From positions 1,728,274 to 1,792,273 of the forward strand of contig MU053645.1 of assembly GCA_013239625.1 (NCBI GenBank): a DNA stretch of 64,000 nucleotides, read 5' to 3'. Below are positions 12,584 to 24,749 of the stretch, piece after piece. The position numbers and the translations under genes were made by a program. The notes beneath the pieces were generated by a model. That model had not been told where the DNA came from, did not search any database, and was given only the letters and a program-made list of their open reading frames with translations. This stretch comes from Lama guanicoe. Taxonomy: Eukaryota. Position 1 is the stretch's first letter; every line of letters starts with the position of its first letter.

Positions 12584-14221
12584 TAACTGCCTAATTCTTG
12601 TATTACAAAATTCAACAGGAATGAAATAGTAGGCATATTTTCTTGTTCTTGACCTTGGTGGAAAATCTCTAGTGGTCTCCCATTAAATAAAATACTGGCA
12701 TTAGAAATTAATTATATAGCTTTTATCATGTTAAGAAAGCACCCTTCATTGCTATTTTCTTGAGGTTTTTTTTTTTTTTTGCATGAATGGGTGGTGAAGT
12801 TTCCCAAAGGTTTGCTTGGCATATATGGTGATAATCATATGATATTTGTCCTTAAGTGTATTACTGTGGTGAGTTATATCAGTGGAATTCCTAATATAGA
12901 ACCAACTTTGTATTAATGGAATAGGATAAATCCCACTTGGTCACAGTAATATTAACTTCTAAATGTATTGTTGGATGTTTGCTATTTCTTTTTAGTATTT
13001 TTATGTCTGCATTTTACCTGTTAGTGTTATACTTGCTTCATAAAAGAATTTAGGGACATTTCCCTCCTCTTCAGTGTTCTGTAACTTACAGAGCTTTGGT
13101 ACTATGTGATCTTTGATGGTTTACTAGAATTCACCTGTAAAACCATCTGAAACAAAATGCGTCTTGGGCATAATTCCTTAATAACTCTTTCTATTTCTTC
13201 TATGAAAATTGGCTAATTTAAGCTTTCTAACACTAGAGTTAGAATTTTGGTAATCTATATTTCTCTGGGAAGCTATCTATTACATGTAGATTTTCAAATG
13301 TATTAGCATAGAGGTTTGTGAAATAATCTCTTTTTTTTCTGTTTCAATGATTATTTACCCTTAGTCACTTATTATTTTGTATATCTGTGATCTGTCCCTC
13401 TCTTCTTTCATTAAGGTAGCTAGTGGTATGTCTGTTTCAAAAACCAGAATTTTGATTTGTTTTTCAGTTCTGTATCTTATTCATTTTTGCTTTTGTATTT
13501 ATTATTTCTTTCCTTGTGTGACCTTTTGCTTTACTTAGTTGTTCTTTTGGATGAGGTGTTTTGTTTAGTTTTGAAACCATAGTAAATTCTTTATATTCAT
13601 TTAAAAAGATTTTTTACTCAAAAATATACATGGCTGTGAATTTGCCCCTGATCACTGATCTAAATGTATTTCATAGATTCTGATATGTAGTTTGCCATAG
13701 TCATTCTTTTAAAAAATTTCTGTAACTTCAGTTTGTATCTTCTCTTTAGTTCAACATTTTAAAACATAAACTTTAAAAAATTTTCAGGTGGAAGGGCTTT
13801 TCTGTTTGTGGTTTTTGCTCCTAACTTTTGTTGCATTGTGATTAGAAAGGATTGTTTGTAATATTTCTGCTTACAGAAATTAATGATGTCATCTCTGGGA
13901 GAAAATTATGATCCATTTTTGACAAGAATATATTCTCTATTCTCAGAGTATATTTATTTATACACACACATATATATTTACCTTATTGATTAGCTTTCTG
14001 TCTCATTGATTTGTTTAGATTCTCTGTATCCCTACTCTTTTTATATTATTTGACCAGTTTTGTACTGAGATTGTTGTGTTAAACCTCCTATTGTTACTCT
14101 CATTAAATCTCCTATTATTTTATCTATGTTTCCTTGCCTTTTTGCTTTGTAAAGGTGATTGATGTGTTATTGGTGCATAAATATTCCTAAGGGTTATATC
14201 TTCATTGTGAATTTTGGTTTT

Positions 14222-14364
14222 TGTTTGTTTATTTTTATTTTTTTGGAGGAGGAGGTAATTAGGTTTATTTATTTATTTGTTTTTTAATGGAGGAACTGGG
14301 GATTGAACCCAGGACCTTGGGCATGCTAGGCATGCACTTTATCACTGAGCTATACCCTATCCCC
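14222..14364 (-). mobile_element. Camelid tRNA-derived SINE (Vic-1-like)
   Basis: A and B boxes present; flanked by TSD gtgaattttgg(t/c)ttt at ~14207 and ~14365. Confidence 0.85.
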
Positions 14365-14761
14365 GTGAATTTTGGCTTTTATCATTAAGACATACTTTTG
14401 CTCATGTTTAGTGCATTTTTAAAAAAATCTTCCTGAACCACTTGTTTTCTCAGCACTTTACTATCGAGTCCATGCTTTTTTTCCACCAGTATCATTTAAC
14501 ACTCATCTGCTGTGTTATGATAAAGGAAGTTTGTTCTATTCTCTTCTTTTTTGAATTTATTCTCTTATATTTTTCTCCTTTCTCTTATTTTTAGTTGCAC
14601 AATTTCTATTTCTTCACAACATAAAACTTGTGTACATTAGTCTTCTCCCTTTTCCTCCACCTTGATTTTAATAATATATGTAAAATACTCACCATCAGAT
14701 ATTTTGGTGACGTTTTCCTGTCCTCGAGTGTGGGATCACAATCCCAGCTCATCTTTTGCAA

Positions 14762-14978
14762 GAGTACTTGGCAGACACTGTAAAGGGAGATACAGGAATT
14801 ATTTTAAGTTCCTGGGCCACAATGTCTGTGTGACACTACTGAGATTTGCTTCTTTAATGCAAAATCATCCATAGACAACATAGAAATGATCCCTCATGAC
14901 TTTGTTCCCATAAAACTTTCTTTACAAAATCAAGCAGGGGGCTTGATTTGGCACAGTGGGCCAGTCTGCAGACCCCTG
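14762..14978. mobile_element. MER58A-like hAT MITE
   Basis: ctgtaaaggg...catagacaac...ttcccataaaactt...gatttggc...gacccctg followed by a ctctag target site. Confidence 0.75.
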
Positions 14979-15089
14979 CTCTAGTAGCTTCCTTAGGAAG
15001 GGCTGAGGGGTGCAGAATTTCCTGTTTCTACATTTTCAAAAACTACTTCTATAGCCTGTAATATTTGCAAACATACCTTCTCCCCCTCC

Positions 15090-15172
15090 TTTAACAGAGG
15101 CACTGAGGATTGAACCCAGGACCTCGTGCATGCCAAGCATGTGCGCTACCACTGAGCTATACCCTCCAGCCC
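15090..15172 (-). mobile_element. Camelid tRNA-derived SINE (Vic-1-like)
   Basis: gattgaacccaggacctcgtgcatgccaagcatgtgcgctaccactgagctataccc. Confidence 0.85.
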
Positions 15173-16386
15173 AAGGCTGTACTATTTGAATGACACCCCA
15201 GTTGTATATAAAATCTTTACTTCAGACTTTCTTTTTAGTCAATATGTTTTTAGATTCTTAAAAATATAGTGATTAAAGGTGAGTTTCATATCCTCCAAAG
15301 CTTGCATGATTGTAATTATTTCTGTTTGGAGTGTTGACTTATAGTCTCTTTCTGCTTCATGGTTGTTTAACATCTGTGCAGTTTTGTTTCCTCATCTTTC
15401 TTTTTTAACAGTGTTTTGGATGAAATTCCCTTCCTTATGTACATCTGTATGATACTGGCTTTTTCACAAGATTTCTAGTTTAATGATGTCACTTTTTGTC
15501 AGTATATAGTAAAATCCAGATTCTGTATTTATTTTGTTTGTTTTGGTGATGGAGTGAACAGCTGTGAGTGCTCTGATTTTGTGGTTCTCTTGTCTTGTAA
15601 GATCCTTAACTTTCCCCTTTTGTTTATTTTCCCCATCATTACCCAAGTACCAAAGGATGCTTCTGCCTTCCTCTTTGCCTTTTTCCTTCTGTAAAAGTTG
15701 TATGTTAGAAAGACTGCACTTTTAAATCACCCCTGTCCCTTCAAAGTCTCGTATTTTGGAGTCCCTTCCCTGTAGCCCCAGCTCTCATATTCCAGGACAC
15801 CTTTTTACTATTTTTAGATTTATTCTGTACTAAATCTTTCTGCTGTAGTTTTATATCACTTTTAAGCCCCTCTCCATCTTCCTTCCTCTGTATCTCTTGC
15901 AGCTTTTTTTGGTCTTTTTGCTTGCCACAAAGCCTAGTAATGGAATGTAACAAATCTTGTGTGGGGGTTTCATGATTTTCTTTTTTTACATACAATTATT
16001 CTGAGTTTTTGGCATTCTCCATTTTAAAGTAATGATGAGGGTGTGGCTTTTCTGTAATTTACATTTTCCTTCTTATGGTTTGTATCCTCCTGGCAGAAAA
16101 TGTTGGGAGGAAGGCAGATAAGTAGTCAGCATTGTATTCTGCTAACTTGCCTCTGATTTCTAAGGGCATTATCTTATGTAAATGTGTTTATGTATACATA
16201 TATAGTTAAATATACATACAAGTCTATTTTCATTCTATTCCTATAGTAGATGTAAATTGGGGTGGCCATATGATTCACCATATCTTATTCAATAAATATT
16301 TTGTCCATAGCTAACCTTGTGAGCAAACAAGACACTGTAGATGTCTTCTCAGGATTTCTAAATATTCTTCACCTTGAAGCAGGTTT

Positions 16387-16682
16387 ATGAAGATGGACCA
16401 AAAGCCTACAGCCACACTGCTAGAGCTTGCTGCGAAGAGTGTGCTGAGTAATGAGCCTGCAGCTATCCATGCGCTGAATGAAATCCCAAGAGACCTCTTT
16501 GTTCCCTTGTTCAATGCTGCCTTCTTGGGTGGGCATAAGCAGATGCTAAAGGCAATGGTGAGGGTTTGGCCTTTTTGCTGTCTCCATGTTGGGTCATTGA
16601 ATACTCAAGAATCATACTATGAAATCCTGGAAGCCATGATTGATGGTCTGCAGATCCTCCCTGCCCAGAACTCTTCCTCTTG
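16387..16682 (+). CDS. PRAME-family LRR protein, coding exon 1 of 3 (spliced CDS 1413 nt, 470 aa)
   Basis: TATLLELAAKSVLSNE (BC-box-like), LNEIPRDLFVPLFNAAF (Cul2-box-like), MVRVWPFCCL and ILEAMIDGL match the PRAME N-terminus. Acceptor CAG ends at 16382. ATG 16387 is weak; ATG 16393 (aagATGG) has a better Kozak context. Donor TG|GTAAGA, phase 2. Confidence 0.92.
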
Positions 16683-16972
16683 GTAAGATTATGACTAGTA
16701 GAGACATAGTGAATCAGCAGGAGGGTATGCTATAGCCTGGGGCAGGGGAATACCTAACAGTCTCCCAAAAGTAGCTAATGATGAATGCTGCAGATCTTTG
16801 CAGAACTCTCAGTCCAAAAGTTGGGGTCATCTTCGGGACTCCAGTGTCCTATGGAGTTGATTACAAAATAGAGGTGATTGAGGATATAATAGATTTATTT
16901 GCCTCATGGGTGTGATTATATAGAAGGATGTGGGCACTGAGATAGGCAAAGATGGGAAGGAAAGACAGTCTC

Positions 16973-17062
16973 GGGAGGGGCAGGGTATAGCTCAGGTGTA
17001 GAGCGTGTGCTTAGCATGCATGAAGGCCTAGGTACAATTCCCAGTACCTCCATTTAAAAAAG
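16973..17062 (+). mobile_element. Camelid tRNA-derived SINE (Vic-1-like) in the PRAME-like intron
   Basis: gggtatagctcaggtgtagagcgtgtgcttagcatgcatg...cccagtacctccatttaaaaaa. Confidence 0.85.
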
Positions 17063-17237
17063 CATGTGGAGAAGAATGAAAGATGCTGAAATTGTGTAGA
17101 AAGGACTTCTTGGTGAATGGTATATGAAGTGGAAACCAAGGTCAAAGTGTTCTGTCCTTGCTTCCCATCATTGACCTCACTGGGTTGTATTAAAATTGGC
17201 TAACTCTCATATGTTCTGTCTCCTCCTTTCCTTACAG

Positions 17238-17840
17238 GGGGCCAAAACTGAGGATCTTAGATTTAAGGCACGATTTGGACTGTGGGACAACATGCTCTCA
17301 GATCAGGACCACATTCCCTTTCTGTTTTCAGTCATGCATTTACTCTCAGCGCTCTATCCTTAAAATAGAAGAAGCTCAGCATAATGTCAGGTGCCTTGGG
17401 ACTGGTAATTCAGAGTCTGAGCCTCAGTCAGCTCAGGAACCCATGGAATTACTAGTGGATATTTCACTCAGAGATACCTGGAGAACAGAGCAATTTCTTT
17501 CTTTCCTTCTTAGAAAAGTTGAGCAGAGCTCAGGGTCCTTGCACCTCTGCTGCAGAGATTTGCAAATTGAGAAAATATCTGCCCATAAAAGTATCCTGCA
17601 GTTTCTGGATCTGGGATGCATTGAACACCTGGATATTGATCAGGCTTATCTGAGTGAAGTCACCACACTTTTGGCTCGGGTGATCAACGTGAGTGGCCTC
17701 AGTCTTTCTAACATCCCCTTTAAATCTTATAAGGGAAGACATTTCAGATCTTTCCTCATCTGGCTTGGGCAGCTGGACAACCTCCAGGAGTTCAGCTTGT
17801 CTTTCTTCAGCCTCAAAGATCAACTGCACAGACTGCTCAG
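17238..17840 (+). CDS. PRAME-family LRR protein, coding exon 2 of 3
   Basis: Acceptor tcctttccttacag| restores the frame: (W)GPKLRILDLR (PRAME KLQVLDLR), SLHLCCRDLQI, LDLGCIEHLDI. Donor CAG|GTGAGG, phase 2. Open for 603 nt. Confidence 0.92.
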
Positions 17841-18309
17841 GTGAGGGGTAGGGAGGAACCTGGGTTCCCTGAGCACCTCATTGTTAAGACAGAAGAGACC
17901 ATGCTTGGATATTCCTAAGCTCCTTGTAACAAGATTAGAAAAGGAACTGTGACAAGACAAGATTAGAAGGGAACTGTGATCATTCATTCATTCAGTGACT
18001 ACATGCAGACACTAGATAAGTTCGTAAATATATTGGTGAAAAAACTCAGTTCTTCTCCTATTGGAGTTTACAGCTCTCTAGAGAGGAAGGGGAGACATTC
18101 AGATGGGGAAACATTTTAAGCTATAGCACTAATACACATGCCCATGGACGGGCCACAGTAGTTAACACTGCCAGATAATTGTGCTCCTGCATTCTCCCCA
18201 AGGCTTAGACCCTGAATGGAGTACATGTCATCTGGGAACTACTCAAAAGAAACCCTCAGTTGGCTGCTTTCCCAGACCCATCCTCACCAAATAAGTGAAC
18301 CAGATCCAA

Positions 18310-18500
18310 CACTGATAATGTCGAATATACTAAGTGCAAACAATTTTTTCACTTAATCTTCCCTGCAATCCTGTATAATAATTACTGTTGTGCACATTTT
18401 CAAGATTAAAACCTTGTGTCTAAGAGTGGAAAAGTAACTTTCTCAGGGTCACAAATCTATAAAGTCTGATCCCCACGCCCCCACTATTAACCACTGTTGC
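18310..18500 (-). mobile_element. MIR SINE
   Basis: cacttaatctt...cacattttcaagattaaa...aagtaactttctcagggtcaca. Confidence 0.55.
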
Positions 18501-18602
18501 AAAATATGTACACATTAGTTTATTCTAGAACCTTAGATACCTAAAATTTAGGGCTGTTTGCCCCCATTCTTCTGAAATAACCTTTCTTTTTTCTCTTTAT
18601 AG

Positions 18603-19116
18603 AGTCCTGCCACCTCAGATGGATATGTTGTCTCTATCTTACTGTGGCCTTTCTAGCAGAGATGTCACTGTCCTGTCCCAGAGTTGTCAGGCCACCTATC
18701 TAAGGACATTGAATCTCAGTAGCAACCAGATATTCTCAGAAGCTGATGAGCCCTTCCAGACTCTACTGGAGAAGGTCTCAGGCACTCTGGAACATCTGGA
18801 GATAACTAATTGTATGATAACTGATTCTACTCTCTCTAATGTCCTCCCTGCCCTGAGTCTCTGTTCCAACCTCCGTATCCTTAGCTTTGCCTTCAACCCC
18901 ATTACGATGCCTGCACTCAAGAGCCTTCTGCAACACTTGACACACCTGATGAAGCTGAAGTATGTGATTTATCCCATTCCTGTCCATTGCTATGAAGAAT
19001 GGAATTTTCATGACACTTTGGACCAACAGAAACTTGCTAAAGTTCAGGCCCAATTAAATGCGATGCTGCAGGAAGTAAACCGGGATGATGTGAACTGGAC
19101 CACTTTTCCTGAATAA
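18603..19116 (+). CDS. PRAME-family LRR protein, coding exon 3 of 3
   Basis: Acceptor ttctctttatag| gives in-frame (R)VLPPQMDMLSLSYCGLS, LRTLNLSSN, LEHLEITNCMITD, LPALSLCSNL, FNPITMPALKSLLQHL and YPIPVHCYE, typical PRAME LRR C-terminal motifs. TAA at 19114-19116. Confidence 0.92.
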
Positions 19117-19779
19117 TTTCCACAGTACAAGGAGTTGTTTCAACACTGACATGTGGCCATTTAAGTATTCATTGTTTTGCCTTAAGCCCGAATTTGTAGA
19201 GACACATAGATAAAGTTCTACTGTTCCAGGAAACTGGGGTTAGGATAAGTAGCTGACCTCTATAAAAGAGGAACTTTAAAAAGGAAACAGTGATTTGAAA
19301 GGTCCTCTGCCGTCTACATCTTCTGGTTACTAACCACAGTGTTGGGTATGTGAAATAAGCTAAGCCAGTCATGGCACATCATTTCCTTCTCCACACTGAT
19401 TGGTCCATTTATCCATTTATGGGCACTTGACACAAGTCAGATCAGTTGAAACTCTTTCTAGATGTGGTAGTTGTTGAAGCCAATAAGTTTACCCTGCAAA
19501 TTTCTTGTATTTCTGATTGTCTCAGGTTGCTTCTAAGAAACCATGTGCAAGCAAAAGGAAACAAACTACACCCACTACCTACTGGTGCCTTCAACATGTT
19601 GCTGCCTGATTTCCCAGGTCTCAGACCCCTGGCTCAGTTATTCCTTATTCTACATGCATTGATCAAGCATCTGTTAAGATTTAGGTACTGTTCCAGATGC
19701 TAAGAAAAAATCCTTGATCTCAGTCAGAATGTAAGATGTTTTTATGACTTACCAGTTTCTCCACTTTTTCCTGGAGTGT

Positions 19780-20039
19780 TTGCAAAATTATTTATCCCCC
19801 CATAAACCCAATTTTCCCCACTCTTTCCCTCACATACTCCGCTTAAACCATATTGATGTCTTTATGCTGTTGGATAACTGCTTAGTCCTCAGGTCATGGC
19901 TTAAATGTTACCTCCTCAGATAGGTTTTCTCTTTGCCCTACTAAAGTAGGTTTATTCTGCCATTGTTCTCTCTTAATGTACCAGGTTGTTACCTTCATGG
20001 TGCACATTATTCCACGTGCATTTGCTCCCTCTGCTCTTC
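19780..20039 (+). mobile_element. L2 3' fragment (host of the MER33; resumes at ~23961-24010)
   Basis: ggcttaaatgttacctcctcagataggttttct...ccactaga, continuing after the MER33 as catagctctatgcaggcagaggctgtttctgttttatt. Confidence 0.6.
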
Positions 20040-20149
20040 CACTAGAATTGCATTGTTGAGTATGGTACTCACTAACCATCTGTGGCTGCTGAGCTCTAGA
20101 AATTTGTCTGCTCTCCAAAGTGATGTACCCTGAATGGTAAATGCACACT

Positions 20150-20897
20150 GTATATCCTAGAGTTGGTAAGAAACAAAGGATGTAGAATGACTACTTGATA
20201 ATTTGCTTGTGCTATTTATGTAATGTAATAACATGCTGCATATCCAAAACAGTAAAGGAAAAAGAATGTCAAATAAGTTGTTTAGATTGTTGCATGTTGA
20301 AATGATAGCATTGTATTTCCAAGACTTAGTAAGAAAAAAAAGGTTAAAATAGTTACCTGATTATGTTTATGTGTCAAAGTGATAAAACTTTGTATTTCAA
20401 AGACTTACTGAGAAAAATAATGTAAAGTTAATTAATAGATTGTTCCCCTTGTTAACATGTTGAAATAAGATAAAATGTTGGTGATTTGGTAAGAAAAAAA
20501 GAATGGAAAAATAATTAGTAGTTTGTGCATAGTGTTTCCTGATTGAAATGAAAACAGATTGCATTTTGAAGATGTAGTAAGAAAGAAGAATGTAAAAGTA
20601 ATTAATGATGTTTATATTGTTTCCATGTTGAAATGATAACACATTTCAAAGACTCAGTAAAAAGTTTAGAATTTTTTCTTATTACTTAACATGTTGAATG
20701 ACAAACTGCGTTTCAAAGACCTTGAGAAAATAATGTAAAAATCAATCAGCAATTAATAAAAATAGTTGATAAGTACCATTTACTACTGCATTTCTGACTT
20801 AGACAAACATGTTAAGGTAACTAATAAGTGAATTGTATATATTGTTTCTTTGTTGAAATGATAACACATGGCATTTCAAAGACATAAGAAAATCAGA
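20150..20897. repeat. Degenerate ~75-80 bp minisatellite derived from MER33 (about 10 units; 1-2 more at 23701-23835)
   Basis: Recurring tgcatttcaaagacttagtaagaaaa...aatgtaaaa...catgttgaaatgataac at roughly 20150, 20235, 20311, 20390, 20475, 20558, 20640, 20705, 20785, 20868, 23701 and 23761. Confidence 0.8.
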
Positions 20898-23700
20898 ATG
20901 CATCAAGGCCACCATTACTCTGATACTAAAACCAGACAAAAACACTACCAAAAGAGAAAATTATAGGCCAGTATCTGATGAACATAGGTGCAGAAATCCT
21001 CAACAAAGCATTACCAAAGCCAACACAACAATACATAAAAGGGTCATAAACCATGATCAAGTTCTATGTATTCCAGGGTCACAAGGATGGTTCATCATTT
21101 GCAACTCAATCAGTGTGATACACCACATTAACAAAAGGAAGGATTAAAAACCGCATGACTATCTCAATAGACACAGGAAAAGCATTTGATACAATTCAAC
21201 ATCCATTCATGATGAAAACTCATCAAAATGTGTACAGAGGGAACATGTCTCAACATAGTGAAGGCCATTTACCACAAACCCATGGCCAACATATTCAAAG
21301 GTAAGTTGAAAGCCCGCTAAATTCAGGAATAAGGAAAGGGTGCCCAGTGTCACAACTTCCACTTAATATTATATTGGGAATCCTAGACACAGCAATAAGA
21401 TGGAAAAAATACGACATACCCAGGTTGGCAGGGAAGAGATAAAACTGTCACTCAACAGATGACATGATACTTTGTATAGAAAACCATAAAGTCGCCACCC
21501 AAAAAGTTAAAAACTAATGAGTGAATTCAGCAAAGTTGCAGGATACAAGATTAATATGCAGAAATCTGTTGCATTTGTATACACTAATAATTAAATATCA
21601 CAAAGACAATGTTAAAAGGGAAATCCTTTTAAAAGCCCATCAAGAAGAATAAAATACCTAGGAATAAACTTAACCAAGGAGGTGAAAGACCTATACACTC
21701 AAAACTATAAAACACTGATGAAGGAAATTGAAGATGATACAAAGAAATGGAAAGGATAGCCCATGATCTTAGATTGGAAGAATTAATATTGTTAAAATGT
21801 CCCTACTACCCAAAGCAATCTCCAGATTTAATACAATCCATATCAAAATACCTGTGACATTTTTCACAAAACTAGAACCAACAATTTTATTATTCATATG
21901 GAACCACAAAAGATCCAAAATTGCCAAAGCAATGTTGAGAAAAAAGAACAAAGCTGGAAGTATAACCCTTCCAGACCTCAGATTATACTACAAAGGTACA
22001 GTAATCAAAGCAGCATGGTACTTGCACAAAAACACATAGATCAATGGAACAGAGTAGAGAGCCCAGAAATAAACCCATGCACCTATGGTCAATTAATCTG
22101 TAACAAAGGAGGCAAGAATATACAATACAGAAGACAGTCTCTTCAAGAAGTGGTGCTGGGAAAAATAGACAGCTACATGTAAAACAACGAGATTAAAACA
22201 TTCCCTCACATCATATACAAAAATAAACTCAAAATGGTTTTAAGACCTAAATGTAAGATCTGAAACTAAAAGTCCTGGAAGAGAACATAAGCAAAATATT
22301 CTTTGACATAAATTGTACCAATGTTTACTTGGATCAGTCTCCTAAGACAAAAGAAAGAAAAGCAAAAATGATCAAATGGAACCTAATTAAACTTAAAAGC
22401 TTTTGGATAGCAAAGGAAATAATCAACAGAATGAAAAGAAAACCGATCGATTGGGATAAAATATTTGCAAATGATGTTACTGACAAATGGTAACATCCAA
22501 AACACAAAGAGCTCGTACAACTCAACAGTGAAAAAATACATCACCCAAAAATGGACAGATGATTTGAATAGACATTTTTTCAAAGAAGATATACAGATGG
22601 CTAACAGGCACATGAAAAGATGCTCAACATTGCTAATTATTAGAGAAATGCCAATCAAAACAATAATGAGTTATCACCTCACACCGGTCAGAATGATTAT
22701 CATCAAAATGTCTGCAAATAACAAATGTTGGAGACGATGTGGAGATAAGGGAACAACTGTATATTATTGGTGGGAATGTAAATCGGTGTAGCTACTATGG
22801 AAAACAGTATGGAGGTTCCTCAAAAGAACTACCATGTGACTTAGGAATTCCACTCCTGGATGTATATCCAGAAAAATAATGAAAACACTGATTCAAAAAG
22901 ATACATGTACCCCATCTTTTAAAATTAATTCATATTTTGTGGTTGGCTTTATTCCTTTGATAACTATGTAAGTTTAAAAAGCTAAAGCTCTAAACATTCT
23001 TAGAAACAATGAACAGTACAAATATGTAAATTTAAAAATATATGCAGTATATTGTGTGTATGTATTTACATGCAATATATTGAATATGTGCAGTCAAACT
23101 GTAACAATTGTACCTAATAAAACTGAAAAATGAAAAAAAAGATGCATGCACGCCAAAATTCATAGCAGCTCAGCACTATTTACAATAGCAAAGATATGGA
23201 GGCAACCCAAGCACTCATCAACAGACAACTGGATAAAGTAGATGTGGCATATATACACAATAGAACGTTACTCTTTTCATAAAAAAGTATGAATTCTGCT
23301 ATTTGCTGCAACGTGGATGGACTTAGACAATATTACTGCTTAGTGAAATAAATCAGAGAAAGATGACTACTGTATGATATCACTTATATGTGGAATGTAA
23401 AAATAATACAAATGAGTGTGTATGCAAAACAGAAACAGACTCACGGATATGTAAAACAAATTTGTGGTCACCAAAGGGGAGAGGGAAGGTGGGAGGGACA
23501 AATTAGAGGTATGGGATTAAGAGATACAAACTACTATGTATAAAATAGGTAAGCAACAGGATATACTGCATAGCACAGGGGATTATAGCCATTATCTTGT
23601 AACCACTTATAATGGAGTATAATCTGCAAAAATACTGAATCACTATGCTGTACACCTGAAACTAATATAATATTGTTAATCAACTATACTTCAGTAAAGA
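20898..23700 (+). mobile_element. 5'-truncated L1 (ORF2 RT to 3'UTR), inactivated
   Basis: ORFs 21797-22039 ([24 protein letters not shown]), 21898-22182 ([15 protein letters not shown]) and 22465-22791 ([26 protein letters not shown]); tail caactatacttcagtaaagaaaag. Confidence 0.92.
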
Positions 23701-24021
23701 AAAGACTACAAAAATTATTTAATAATTTGTTCATATTTCTTACATAATTGAAATAATGCACTGCATTTCAAAGACTTCTGAAAAAACCTAAAATTAATTA
23801 ACCATTAATGTATATTGTTTCCATGTTGAAATTAAGTATTTTTAACTTTGAAATGAAATAATTATTAAAAAAGAAATTCACCCTTTTGAGGAACTTTTTT
23901 GGCTTTTCCTTGTTTTGATGTGGCTTATACTATATTCTATTGGACAACACAGCACTAGACCATAGCTCTATGCAGGCAGAGGCTGTTTCTGTTTTATTTA
24001 TGCATTAATCGTGCCTTCTCA

Positions 24022-24385
24022 TGTTCTGTATTTTCTGATGTTTTGACATCTGGGGCCTTGCTGTCACTGGAGAGACTGCCCCTCCCAAGGCTAGCTAATT
24101 CCTAGAGATAGCAGACTATTGCCTGTGAGCCTGTGAGCATGCTTTCCTTATGCAAAACAACCAGTACAGAGCTCTACCCCCACAAGAATCACCTTGTTTA
24201 TGGGCTCTCACAGGGCTGTTACACTCTGGGCCATTATCCCTTTAGCCTAGTCACCCCAAGTACAAATACCAAACTACTAGAGAAAAATTCTACCTCTCAG
24301 TGCCCAGGGAAAATACTCAAATTAGCTCATCTTGAACCTGTTTAACCTACCTTGCCATGCCTTTCCCTTAGAAACCACAGTAAAG
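24022..24385 (+). mobile_element. ERV1-type LTR fragment (MER34/MER39-like)
   Basis: ttttgacatctggggccttgctg...gactgcccctcccaaggctagctaattcctagagatagca, a recalled MER34/39-group motif. Confidence 0.6.
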
Positions 24386-24749
24386 GGGACAATTTCTAGA
24401 CCACTAAGCAAAGGGAAAAATAAGAACTTTATTGGTGTGGTGTTGACAACGTGAATAACATGATTAGAAATTCCTTTTGAAGTCTGGTGTTCCCAATTCT
24501 TTGTTCCCAGAAGGCTGAAAGTATGACCTAAACGACTTGTCGGATAGGGAATAATTAAAAATGATTTTGGAGGATAACAAGACATTCAAATAATTTACTG
24601 CTATTTCTACGGGGAAAAAATCCTCTATTACTTTGTTAGGGTCACAAACACAGACTGACAGAAGTCCAACAATTCATTTTGTTTCCTGCAGAAGACCAAA
24701 TGCTTTAGAACTCTATTGTTTACTTATTTATTTATCTACCTATATGTCT

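Larger units (their letters stand above)
8242..14700 (-). mobile_element. Long fragmented ancient L1 (L1MC/L1ME-like) array interrupted by an LTR and SINEs
   Basis: L1 3'UTR-like sequence from 8242. Minus ORF 11759-11956 ([31 protein letters not shown]) is L1 ORF2. T-rich ORF2 relics continue to ~14.2 kb. Confidence 0.7.
20048..23952 (-). mobile_element. MER33 (hAT) with an internally amplified tandem array, split by an L1
   Basis: MER33-like ends (ttgcattgttgagtatggtactcactaaccatctgtggct... and atgtggcttatactatattctattggacaacacag). 8-bp TSD cactagaa (20040-20047) / cactagac (23953-23960). Confidence 0.75.

Noticed and set aside
17929..17979. ~28-bp tandem duplication in the PRAME-like intron
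   Set aside because: Common small intronic duplication away from splice signals.
20150..20897. Repeat array as CRISPR-like
   Set aside because: Mammalian DNA; the units are degenerate whole-unit copies with no unique spacers and are explained by MER33.
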